The position numbers and the translations under genes are program-made. The notes under the pieces were generated by a model that searched no databases, was not told the origin of the DNA, and saw only the letters and a list, made by a program, of their open reading frames with translations. A stretch of 55,702 nucleotides of DNA from Desulfobacterales bacterium (GTDB taxonomy: Bacteria > Desulfobacterota > Desulfobacteria > Desulfobacterales > C00003060): assembly GCA_030616425.1 (NCBI GenBank), contig JAUWXJ010000001.1, positions 1 through 55,702 of the forward strand, written 5' to 3'. Positions 9,333 to 18,848 of the stretch are shown in pieces (position 1 is the stretch's first letter; each line of letters begins with the position of its first letter).

Positions 9333-10637
9333 CTACGGCCGCCCAACACTGGTATAGCGGAATCCTATGGCTCGCATCCGCTGTGGATCATAGATGTTCC
9401 GCAAATCGACCACAATCAGTCGTTTCAAGAGCTTCTTGATCCTTCCCCAGTCTATATTTCGGAACTCGTTCCATTCTGTGGCAAGGACCAAGGCATCAGC
9501 CCCTTCAGCTACTGCGTACAAATCTTCTTTATAGTCAACATCCTCAAGGTATCTTCTAGCCTGTTCCATCCCTGCAGGATCATACGCCTGGATCTTTGCC
9601 CCTTTCTCCTGTAGGCCTTTGATAATGGGAATTGTGGGAGATTCACGCATATCGTCTGTATTCGGCTTGAATGTCAGGCCAAGGATCCCTATGACCGCTC
9701 CCTTCGATTGCTCGCCCAAGGCTGAGATAATCTTTTCGATCATCATCACAGGGCGTTCCTCGTTCACCCTTATCACCGCATCAACGATCTTGAACTCATA
9801 CCCGTATTGTCTAGCAATTTGACTGACAGCCCGTGTATCTTTAGGAAAACAAGACCCCCCAAACCCTGGTCCGGGATGCAAGAATTTGGAGCCAATCCGC
9901 CTGTCAAGGCCCATACCCTTGGCCACCTTATGTACATCTGCGCCAGCCCGCTCACAGATGGCTGCCATTTCGTTGATAAAGGATACCTTGGTGGCCAAAA
10001 AGGCATTGGAGGCATACTTGATCATCTCAGCTGTCACTACGTCGGTAATCACAAATGGGGTTTCAATCAGATAGAGCGGCTTGTAAAGGTCCTTTAGAAT
10101 AGCGATAGCCTGTTCACTCTCGGCACCAATTACGACCCGGTTGGGACGCATGAAATCCTCTACTGCTGCGCCCTCCCTCAAGAATTCAGGATTGGAGGCC
10201 ACGTCAAAGCCGCACGGCTCGGTCTGGTTTTCCTTGATAATAGTCTCAATCAGCTTACCGGTACCCACTGGAACTGTACTCTTTGTAACCACCACCTTAT
10301 AGCCGTTCATGGTCTGACCTATAGATCTGGCTACCTCTTCTACATATTTTAGGTCAGCGCCCCCTTCCTGGTCGGATGGGGTACCCACTGCAATAAGAAT
10401 CACCAGGGCATTTTGGACACCCTCTTTGATATCAGTAGTAAAAAAGAGGCGTTCATCCTTAATGTTCTTCTGTACCAGTTCGGCCAGTCCAGGTTCGTAA
10501 ATCGGAATCTTGCCTTGATTCAGCAGCTTGATCTTGGACGCGTCTCTGGCTACACAGGTTACATGCAATCCGAACTCAGAAAAACAGACCCCTGTGACAA
10601 GCCCAACATATCCTGCACCAACAACACAAATGTTCAA
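9333..10637 (-). CDS. ugd: UDP-glucose 6-dehydrogenase
   Basis: 434 aa. Rossmann N-terminus MNICVVGAGYVGLVTG and catalytic region GFGGSCFPKD. Confidence 0.95.
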   Translation of the reverse strand: MNICVVGAGYVGLVTGVCFSEFGLHVTCVARDASKIKLLNQGKIPIYEPGLAELVQKNIKDERLFFTTDIKEGVQNALVILIAVGTPSDQEGGADLKYVEEVARSIGQTMNGYKVVVTKSTVPVGTGKLIETIIKENQTEPCGFDVASNPEFLREGAAVEDFMRPNRVVIGAESEQAIAILKDLYKPLYLIETPFVITDVVTAEMIKYASNAFLATKVSFINEMAAICERAGADVHKVAKGMGLDRRIGSKFLHPGPGFGGSCFPKDTRAVSQIARQYGYEFKIVDAVIRVNEERPVMMIEKIISALGEQSKGAVIGILGLTFKPNTDDMRESPTIPIIKGLQEKGAKIQAYDPAGMEQARRYLEDVDYKEDLYAVAEGADALVLATEWNEFRNIDWGRIKKLLKRLIVVDLRNIYDPQRMRAIGFRYTSVGRP

Positions 10638-10662
10638 CTTATATCTCCCCCTTCAATATTAT

Positions 10663-11715
10663 TTAAGCCGCAACCATTTTCCGGGCCAGCATCTCTTTAA
10701 CAGCCTCAACCACATCGTCTGGGGTAATCAGATTGACGTCGTTCCCTTTCCTCAAAACCATGTGGCCTTCTCCCCAGGGGGCCCATATCTGAGGGTTGTT
10801 CCTGCCAAATAGAGCGAGCGTGGGTGTGCCTACTGCAGCCGCAACGTGCATTGGACCTCCCTGCAGCGTCACAAAGAGATCGCACTGCGCAATCATCCCC
10901 GCAAAATCCTTTATACTTCTTGAGCAGTACAAAGGCACATCGGCACTTAGCTTCTTTAAAAGCCCTGTTACGTGTTGCACTTCATATGGAGCGGTTGTCA
11001 CGATTATCTGTAGGCCTTCAGCTACGAGTGATTCAATAACTTTCAAATAATTTTGATCTTCCCAGTATCGCCCCTCTTCCAAGCGTCGGCTGTAGTTCAA
11101 GCACACCAACGGTTTTTGGTAGAAAATACCAGATTTTGATAGAAATTTCCGAGCTTTCTCTACGTTATCATCGAAACACCTCAAAATCAACCTCTTTTCA
11201 TCAATATCCACCCCTATTCTTCTCAATACGTGCAACGAGCGCTCCACTTCATGAACCGATTCTTTCATGGGCTTTACGAATATGTTGTAAAAAAAAGAGT
11301 GCTTCTCATGTCTCTTTGATGGTTCTATTCCCAGCCGATAACGGGCACGACTCGCATAGACCAGCCAGCCTTGAGACGGCGAAAATTCAGAGCGGATCCC
11401 AATAGCAAGGTCAAAATGGTCATCCCTGATTTCCCGTAAAACTTGCCACTGCTTCCACCAGGCAGTCAATACGAATTTATATCTTCCGTGTTTTGCCTTG
11501 TCATAGACGTAGACCTTATCCAGATAAGGATGCCCAGTAACAATCTCTTCTGTAAGACGGCAGACAAGAATAGCAATGAATGCGTCTGGGAAATGTCGCC
11601 TCAACGCCTCAATACAAGGCAAAGTGCAAACAACATCACCTATATTGTCATTCCTGACCAGCAGGATTTTTCTTATTTCTGATTTCTGAAAAGGGGGTGT
11701 TGTCTGACCGCACAT
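10663..11715 (-). CDS. Glycosyltransferase family 9 (heptosyltransferase-like)
   Basis: KILLVRNDNIGDVVCTLP N-terminal motif and C-terminal GGPMHVAAAVGTPTLALFG. The ATG overlaps the upstream TAA (TAATG). Confidence 0.85.
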   Translation of the reverse strand: MCGQTTPPFQKSEIRKILLVRNDNIGDVVCTLPCIEALRRHFPDAFIAILVCRLTEEIVTGHPYLDKVYVYDKAKHGRYKFVLTAWWKQWQVLREIRDDHFDLAIGIRSEFSPSQGWLVYASRARYRLGIEPSKRHEKHSFFYNIFVKPMKESVHEVERSLHVLRRIGVDIDEKRLILRCFDDNVEKARKFLSKSGIFYQKPLVCLNYSRRLEEGRYWEDQNYLKVIESLVAEGLQIIVTTAPYEVQHVTGLLKKLSADVPLYCSRSIKDFAGMIAQCDLFVTLQGGPMHVAAAVGTPTLALFGRNNPQIWAPWGEGHMVLRKGNDVNLITPDDVVEAVKEMLARKMVAA

Positions 11716-12869
11716 TAGACCGAGCTTAATCTCCTTAATACGTTCTCTATTCTTTCAGCACGATTTTGCCATGTGATGTTTGAGACATCCAAGAATGCCT
11801 GTTCAGCGACTCTGGCTGACAACTCTTTATCCTCCAATAGTCTGCTAATACCCTGTGATAGTGACTTTGGGTCATCCGGTTTCACCAGGATACTGTTATG
11901 ACCGTCCGTGAGTACTTCTCTTATAACAGGTATGTCAGAAGCAACGACTGCCATCTTCGCGGCCATATACTCAAATAACTTCAAAGGGCAAGTGAAGCTT
12001 GAATCCGGGGAGGTGACCAGGGGCAGAACAGCTATATGCCCATCCTTCAAAAACGATTTCACGTCTTGAGGTGGAACCTGGCCATGGAAAGAAATTCGCT
12101 CTGAAACGCCCTTGGCCGATGATAGCTCCTTCAATCGCTGTATCGACTCTTCAGAACCGCCCACTATATTAACTACGGCATTCTCAAGGAACTGCATCGA
12201 CTCGATCAGGCACTCGACCCCTTTCCAAGGATAAAGCTGACCCACGTACAGGATTTTGCCGTTGGTTCTTGGTTCCTTTCCCCGAAAGGACTCTACAATC
12301 TCCCTGCTGACTCCGTTCCTGATAACATGAACCCTGTCACTTGGAACAAAAAACTTCTTCTCTATCAGGGCCTTAATTGTTTCGGAGTTCGTAACAATCC
12401 GATCAAACGCGGTATATACCAAGACTTCCAGTCTCTTTACCTTTTTCTTTTTGGAAGTTACAGAGAAAAGTTCGTGTGCTTCAAAGATGAAAGGAAGCCC
12501 AATCCTCCTTTTGAACCTTAACAGAAAGGACGCTAATTTAAGATGCCTTAAATATATACAGCTGTGTGCCCCTTTTCTTACAAGCTCCAATATCTTTAAT
12601 AAGCAGAATAGATTAAAAACTAAGCCCCACGAAATTCTTATTCTTCCCTCATAACCTAGCCTCATCATCGGAACTGTGTGAATCCTAAGGCCATCAACAG
12701 GCTCAAGGCCAAAACGCCCAAGCAGCTCCCCTTCAGACTCTGACAGGCACCCGGTTATTATATCTACCTCACACCCCAAACTCGCCAGTGCATGACATGT
12801 ATTCATTATTTGTATAAATCTAGCCTTTCGAGTTGTTATCGGCTCACTTACAGGATAGATAATCCGCAT
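11715..12869 (-). CDS. Glycosyltransferase family 4 (GT-B fold)
   Basis: 384 aa. C-terminal GT1/GT4 region (CPLKLFEYMAAKMAVVASDIPVIREVL). Confidence 0.8.
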   Translation of the reverse strand: MRIIYPVSEPITTRKARFIQIMNTCHALASLGCEVDIITGCLSESEGELLGRFGLEPVDGLRIHTVPMMRLGYEGRIRISWGLVFNLFCLLKILELVRKGAHSCIYLRHLKLASFLLRFKRRIGLPFIFEAHELFSVTSKKKKVKRLEVLVYTAFDRIVTNSETIKALIEKKFFVPSDRVHVIRNGVSREIVESFRGKEPRTNGKILYVGQLYPWKGVECLIESMQFLENAVVNIVGGSEESIQRLKELSSAKGVSERISFHGQVPPQDVKSFLKDGHIAVLPLVTSPDSSFTCPLKLFEYMAAKMAVVASDIPVIREVLTDGHNSILVKPDDPKSLSQGISRLLEDKELSARVAEQAFLDVSNITWQNRAERIENVLRRLSSV

Positions 12870-12978
12870 AAATTACCACAGTTTGAAAAATTACGTTTAC
12901 TGCAAATATCCCGCGACAGGGTCACACCAAGTCATTTCTTAATCGATCATCTATTGATCATAGTGAGTATCTCTTCCT

Positions 12979-14745
12979 CTAGTTTCTCACGCCTTGTTCT
13001 AGGACTACAAGAAAGTTCTCTATCATTAACGCATCTATTCTCCTGTCTTGAAGGGCCTTAATAGCCTCTGCTGGTTTGCAAATAATCGGTTCCTCATGAA
13101 CATTAAAGCTGGTGTTCAAGATAAGGGGTATCCCGCTCAAACGATAGTAGGCATCGATTATATCATAATATCTGGGATTATCCTCTCTGGCCACAACCTG
13201 CGGCCGTGCTGTACCGTCAACGTGGATTACGGCCGGAATCTTTGACCGCCACTTTTCATATACGTCAAATATAACCGTCATAAACTTTGACGTATATGCG
13301 CCCTTTACATAGTTTTTGAATATATCATCTGCATAAGGCGCCAAAACGCTGGGGGCAAACGGCATAAACTCGGTCCTGTCCAATCTCTCGTTGAGCCAGT
13401 CGTTGATTGTCTTGTCTGTAGGAGCGGCCAGAATACTCCTGTTTCCAAGGGCTCTCGGACCAAACTCCATTCTGCCCTGAAAACATCCAACAACCCTGCC
13501 AGAATGAATTAGATTTGCTACTTTCCTGGCAAGATCCTCAAAAGCATAGCGTCTGTATGAAAGCCCGCTTTCCTTCAAGACCTTCTCTATTTCAAGTTCG
13601 TCATAGGAAGAGCCCCAATACACGTCATCAAGTTTGGCCCTGACTTCCCATAAGCGATCCTCATCATTGTCATACATTCCTGAAAGGGCTGTCCCAACAG
13701 CATTTCCAGTATCACCCATCGCTGGAAAAACAAATATCTCTTCCACCTCATCAAGTTCCGCAATTTGATGATTTAACTTTACGTTGGCAAAAAGACCTCC
13801 ACTCAGGGCGACGCGGCTTACCTTATATTTCCTTAAAGCTCTCTGCACATGCCTTACGATAACCTCTTCTACAAGCTGCTGAGCTGCTGCAGCCACGTCC
13901 GCTGGTTCATGTGAGCGAATCAGTTTCTTCAAGTATCTAAATCTTTCACCTTCCCCGCCCTTTTCGAAAAAATCCGACACAAAAGTCATTTTGTCAGGAG
14001 ACAGTCTCAAGCACGGCCTCATTAAATCGAGCAACTTTGAAGGATCGCCATAGGCAGATAGACCCGTTATTTTGCCTTCATGCCTCAAAGGCTTAAATCC
14101 CAAAAGTTTAGTAATGTCACAGTAGAAAAGACCCGGTGAAGCCTCTGCGCCTCTAGAAATAGCTACACGGCGGAGCTTTTTGTCAATAAACAGGCTGGTC
14201 GTGTGGAATATTCTGTCATCCCCTATGCCATCTATAGTTACTACCAGCACCTCATCCCAGTTGGAAAAATACATGGCAGGCCAAGCATGCGCCAGATGAT
14301 GGTCGCAAAAACGCCATTTGATAGAATTTAAACCAAAATCCTTGTGGAACTTTTCCCATCTGAAATGATTCTCCAGGGTCTTTTCATGTTTCTTCAGTTT
14401 GTCAGCAAGATTTGCCACAAGGAGCACTGACTTAAATGTCTCCCCTTTGAGATATGACTTCAGCCGCCGCCTTGCACGTACCCATTTCCTTTCCAGTTCT
14501 TTGTAAAGGGTCTCACGAACGAAGTATTCCTCTGGCATAAAAGTCATAAGGAGAGAGAGAAAATCGATGCCTTTTGAGGAAATGCCAGTATACTTATAAA
14601 TCTCCTCCAAGCTGAGCAGAGGGAGATCGTCGCTATCGCATTTTATTCGGCTCAACCTTTCTTCGGAAATGGCTGCCGAAATTCGGCCGTCTTGCAGTAT
14701 AGCGACCGAGGCATCATGCCCGCTGTGAAGACCCAATATATTCAT
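12979..14745 (-). CDS. Carbamoyltransferase, NodU/CmcH family
   Basis: MNILGLHSGHDASVAILQDGRISAAISEERLSRIK N-terminus and C-terminal NTSFNVHEEPI. I use the internal ATG at 14745; the ORF-track start at 14826 would overlap the upstream gene. Confidence 0.9.
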   Translation of the reverse strand: MNILGLHSGHDASVAILQDGRISAAISEERLSRIKCDSDDLPLLSLEEIYKYTGISSKGIDFLSLLMTFMPEEYFVRETLYKELERKWVRARRRLKSYLKGETFKSVLLVANLADKLKKHEKTLENHFRWEKFHKDFGLNSIKWRFCDHHLAHAWPAMYFSNWDEVLVVTIDGIGDDRIFHTTSLFIDKKLRRVAISRGAEASPGLFYCDITKLLGFKPLRHEGKITGLSAYGDPSKLLDLMRPCLRLSPDKMTFVSDFFEKGGEGERFRYLKKLIRSHEPADVAAAAQQLVEEVIVRHVQRALRKYKVSRVALSGGLFANVKLNHQIAELDEVEEIFVFPAMGDTGNAVGTALSGMYDNDEDRLWEVRAKLDDVYWGSSYDELEIEKVLKESGLSYRRYAFEDLARKVANLIHSGRVVGCFQGRMEFGPRALGNRSILAAPTDKTINDWLNERLDRTEFMPFAPSVLAPYADDIFKNYVKGAYTSKFMTVIFDVYEKWRSKIPAVIHVDGTARPQVVAREDNPRYYDIIDAYYRLSGIPLILNTSFNVHEEPIICKPAEAIKALQDRRIDALMIENFLVVLEQGVRN

Positions 14746-14767
14746 ATCACTGACTGTCCGTAAAAAG

Positions 14768-15523
14768 TTACTCCCTGCACTTTGAAGCTTCAATAATGAT
14801 ACAATCCCCGAAAAGCATGGCATCACTCAATGTCCCTTCGTCGGGGAAGTTTCGGTTGCGGATCGTATATCGAATAACAGCGGCCACCACCTTGTGAAGG
14901 TACTTTTTAAAAGTGCTCTGCGGGAACACAATCGTATTTGTGTCGATCCTCTCCACACTCAGACCCTTATTTTCCATAAAGTATTTCAACTGCCAAAAGT
15001 AGATAGGAGAAATGTGCCCCTGTAACCCCTCGGCCCGCAGACTTCCCCTGTTGTGCATGAGCGGCTTGAATCGGGGATAATAGCCGGTCAACATAAATCG
15101 CAGGCGCCCATCCACTGACATTATGTTCGGCGTGGAGATATAAAGCCATCCACCGGTTCTTAAAACTCTTCCCAGTTCATCAATAAATTAAAATGGGTTC
15201 ACAAAATGTTCTAGACCCTCAAGACAAAAGATGTAGTCAAACGACTCATCTTTAAACGGGAGTCTGTCATAAACATCACCCGTTAAAAAATGGGCATGCC
15301 CAGACAATTTAAAATCTTCTCTGTTAATATCGAGGCATACGATGTCGGAAAACCCCTTTTTGATCAATTCACTGGCAAATGCACCTTCCCCAGAAGGAAT
15401 ATCGAGTGTTTTCCCTGGTTCCTTGCCTTCCAAGAGTCCCAAAACTTGTGGGTACAAATTTTCGTCAGGGACATGGGCAAGGATCTCCCCCTCTGTCTTT
15501 GTACATCGCATAGACCTATGCAA
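14768..15523 (-). pseudogene. Class I SAM-dependent methyltransferase interrupted by one in-frame TAA (15188..15190)
   Basis: ORFs 15188..15523 and 14768..15121 are in the same frame. Read-through gives LDIPSGEGAF...FCLEGLEHFVNPF*FIDELGRVLRTGGWLYISTPNIMSVDG, an intact SAM-MT motif I to post-II arrangement spanning the stop. Confidence 0.85.
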
Positions 15524-16751
15524 CCTCTTGAAAGATACCCAATAGCTTTGTGGCTATTTCTTCAAGATGAAACTCGCGACTCATCCTCAACGCATTCTCT
15601 TGATAAATCTCTTGTCTCTCTGCCGGGTAAGCAAAAAAATCACACAATGCCTCCCCAAGCGCTTACCCATCCGCGGCCTTTATCACGGTACCCGCATCAT
15701 AGGATGTAACCCAGTAAGAAATCCCTGCACCCTCAGTGGTAATTGAGGGGGTTCCCACTGAACCCGCCTCCACGGTTACCATGTTCAGCCCCTCTCCCAG
15801 TGAAGGGTTCAGGTTCACCTCAGCTGAGGCCAGATACTCGAGCACCTCATTCGGATGTACCCTTCCCACGAAACTAATTCTATCTGTGAGGCCCAGTCTC
15901 GCAAATTTTGTCTTCACGGACTCCATATACTCGTTCACCGGACCCACAAAAATTACAAACAAAGAGGGCAGGTGCCCTCTTGCTGACTGCAAGGCATCAG
16001 GTATTAGATACATCCCTTTACAGTAATCACCGCCGCTTACAGCGACTGCTATCCTGAAATCGCTGGAAATCCCCAATTGTTGAGTTAATTTTTCTCTGCA
16101 CATCCTCCGAAACTGAGCAAGGTCGCCTCTTGAGCTAAATAGCTTCTGAGCAGCCATGTGTGATGGACAAATCCTTATCTTCTTCGCCTGCCCACCATCC
16201 TTTAATATAACGTCTTTCAGGAGTGGGGAAACTGGTCTCAGAATGTCGGCATGTTTGTATACTAGTTGAAACATCCTGTTGTTGAAACGTGTGCGGCGCT
16301 GCCCACAATCGGCTTCGGGAATGTCCAGAATGTCCCCCCCTATAAAGCTGACAACCAGGGGTTTATGAAAAAGTCCGAATCTCTTGAGGAGACCGGCTGG
16401 AACAGCATAGGAGTATCCATCAGAGCAGATAACAACATCTGCATCCCGGAAAATCCGAAGCGCGTTTCTGATAACGGCCATTGTGTGAAAGAGGTTTCTC
16501 CCTTTAAACTTCTCCTTTGTCAACACATCAAGGGGCCAGGTTAATATCTTTCTCCATTCTCTATGTGAATTATACCAAAGCGTCTGGATCCCATCGCCTT
16601 CTTCTTTAAAGAAATCCCTCAGTACGCAATGGAATTCCCTCAGGTTCTTGTCTTGCTCCAGCACATACACAGAGTGCCCCATTCTGACAAACTGAAGCAG
16701 AATAGGATATTCTCCGGTCCATGAGTTTGGATGAAGATACAATATCTTCAA
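15516..16751 (-). pseudogene. Glycosyltransferase family 4 interrupted by one in-frame TAA (15663..15665)
   Basis: After ...GTVIKAADG*, the same frame continues as ALGEALCDFFAYPAERQEIYQENALRMSREFHLEEIATKLLGIFQEVA to a TAG ending at 15516, overlapping the next gene's start. That is a typical GT4 C-terminal helix region. The likely start is TTG at 16751 (MKILYLHP) with an AAGGGG SD; the ORF track starts at 16850. Confidence 0.8.
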
Positions 16752-16945
16752 AATACTGCCCCTTTTGTAACGCTTTAGATCTTTCCTTTTAGATGAGGAG
16801 AGAGTTTTTTGAGAAAGCCGTGATACCGTGGACTTGGCAGGATGCTTCAATCAAGCTTGGTGAGTATTATCACGGCTTTTGAGAAAAATTCCCTCCTCAT
16901 CCAGGCACGTCATACTTTCAAAGAGCTAAAGTGTTACCCTCCTTT

Positions 16946-18841
16946 TTACAAGGTTACGTTTTCAAGTCTGAGCCAATGGCAGAGAATCAAGAGGGTCCAT
17001 AGCTTCTTGGCATGGGACTTCGCACCTGATCCGTGCTCTTCCAATAGCCTTTCGATCATTTCACTTTTTACAATCTTGTGAAGATTCGTTTTTGCCAGAA
17101 GTTCGTCCCGTAAGTATTCAAAAAGATCCTCTCTTAACCACTTGGAAACCGGGGCTGAGAAGCCCATCTTGGAGCGATTCTTAAAGCTCTCAGGTAGCCA
17201 ATCAGAAAATGTGTCTTTCAATATCCGCTTGCCTTCACCAGACAGCCGTCTCTTGTAATGCCCCGGCAAGCTCACTGCAAACTCTATCAACTCATGATCC
17301 AGAAAAGGCGACCGACTTTCAAGGGAATTCATCATGCTGCATATATCTACCTTAAACAGGATGTCTTCAGGTAGATATGTTTTTTGATCTATGTAAAAAT
17401 ACCTGTTAAATATGTCGTCTGTCTCATACCGTTCCACAAATTTCCTCAAATAGTCTACCGTGCCATGAGGGCCGGTAATTTGTCTCATCTGCTTAGTATA
17501 GAACATCTCTTTTTCATTGTCTGAAAAAAATGCAAGAAGATAATGATAGCGTTCAAGACCTTTTAGCCCCAGAATCTCATCGCCTTTTGATGTTGGGAAT
17601 CTTTTGTTCCGCCGCCTTTTATTGAAAAGCCTTTCCAAAGATAGTACTAGTTTTCTGATATATATCCATAGGCCTATACTGTAGAAATGTTCTAAATAGT
17701 CAGCTCTCGCTGCTAGAGTAAACCTCCTGTAACCACCAAAGGACTCGTCCCCTCCGTCTCCGGTGAGTACGACTTTCAGATCCCTTCCTGCAAAATTAGA
17801 AACGTAGTATGTCGGTATGGCAGAAGAATCCGCCATGGGCTCGCCAAAGGATTTGACCAAATTCGGAAGGATGTCAATCGCCCGAGGCTTCACGATCATC
17901 TCATTATGATCCGTTCCATATCTATCGGCAATTTGTCTTGCATAGGGAAGTTCATTGTAAGACTCATCCTCAAAGCCTATAGAATAAGTTTTGATAGGTT
18001 CGTCCGAAAATGTGCTCATCGCCGCAACAGTGAGACTAGAATCAATACCTCCGCTCAGAAAGGCGCCTATAGGTACATCGCTAATCATCCTTATCTTTGT
18101 TGCTTCCAAAAATATGCTTCTCAGCCTCTCACAGGCCTCGTAATAGCCAATCTTCTCCCTCTTTTCGACAGGCAAATCCCAGTAACATACAACCTTTTTA
18201 ATAAGCCCATCTTTTACAATCATGAAATGACCAGGGGGAAGTTTTGAAATGGACTTGTACCCCGTCATGGGAGACGGAATATACTGAAACGTAAAAAAGA
18301 AATCTATCGCCCTGTAATTTATACGCCTGGAAATGGACTCGTTCAAGGAAAATAGCCCCTGAATTTCAGATGCAAAATAAAACCCTTCTGGCTGTTCTGT
18401 ATATATCAGAGGCTTAACACCCATACGGTCCCTTGCAAGGAACAAAAGCCCTTCGTTGCGGTCCCACAAGGCAAACGCAAACATTCCTCTCATGTACTTG
18501 AGACAGTCCACACCATACTCCTCATAGAGATGTATGACTGTCTCGGTATCACTTTTGGTCTTAAACTCGTGGCCTTTTTTCAACAAGGTTTGCCTAAGCT
18601 CAGGGAAATTATATACCTCACCATTGTACGTTATCCACACGGATTCATCCTCATTGGCCATGGGCTGTTGACCTGTGTCAACATCTATGATCGACAGGCG
18701 GCTATGGGCAAGCCCCACCCGACCATCCGTAAAATAGCCCTTTTCATCAGGGCCCCTGTGGTGCAGGGTTTGTGATGCTCTTTTCAAAGCATCCTCAGAC
18801 CCTTTCCCGTCCTTTAGGAAAAATCCTGCAATCCCGCACAT
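16946..18841 (-). CDS. asnB: Asparagine synthase (glutamine-hydrolysing)-family amidotransferase, copy 1
   Basis: 631 aa. N-terminal MCGIAGFF (Ntn Cys2) and PP-loop SGGIDSS. Confidence 0.9.
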   Translation of the reverse strand: MCGIAGFFLKDGKGSEDALKRASQTLHHRGPDEKGYFTDGRVGLAHSRLSIIDVDTGQQPMANEDESVWITYNGEVYNFPELRQTLLKKGHEFKTKSDTETVIHLYEEYGVDCLKYMRGMFAFALWDRNEGLLFLARDRMGVKPLIYTEQPEGFYFASEIQGLFSLNESISRRINYRAIDFFFTFQYIPSPMTGYKSISKLPPGHFMIVKDGLIKKVVCYWDLPVEKREKIGYYEACERLRSIFLEATKIRMISDVPIGAFLSGGIDSSLTVAAMSTFSDEPIKTYSIGFEDESYNELPYARQIADRYGTDHNEMIVKPRAIDILPNLVKSFGEPMADSSAIPTYYVSNFAGRDLKVVLTGDGGDESFGGYRRFTLAARADYLEHFYSIGLWIYIRKLVLSLERLFNKRRRNKRFPTSKGDEILGLKGLERYHYLLAFFSDNEKEMFYTKQMRQITGPHGTVDYLRKFVERYETDDIFNRYFYIDQKTYLPEDILFKVDICSMMNSLESRSPFLDHELIEFAVSLPGHYKRRLSGEGKRILKDTFSDWLPESFKNRSKMGFSAPVSKWLREDLFEYLRDELLAKTNLHKIVKSEMIERLLEEHGSGAKSHAKKLWTLLILCHWLRLENVTL

Positions 18842-18848
18842 GACTCAG

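Noticed and set aside
14746-14826. N-terminal ORF-track extensions (14826, 20039, 33747, 39490, 35622, 7782, 55257, 52494).
   Set aside because: The extended starts overlap the upstream gene or lack an SD. Internal ATGs give canonical family N-termini (for example MNILGLHSGHD, MRVCFFNV, MIKRKL, MTSIRKAIE) and often have a good SD, so I used those.
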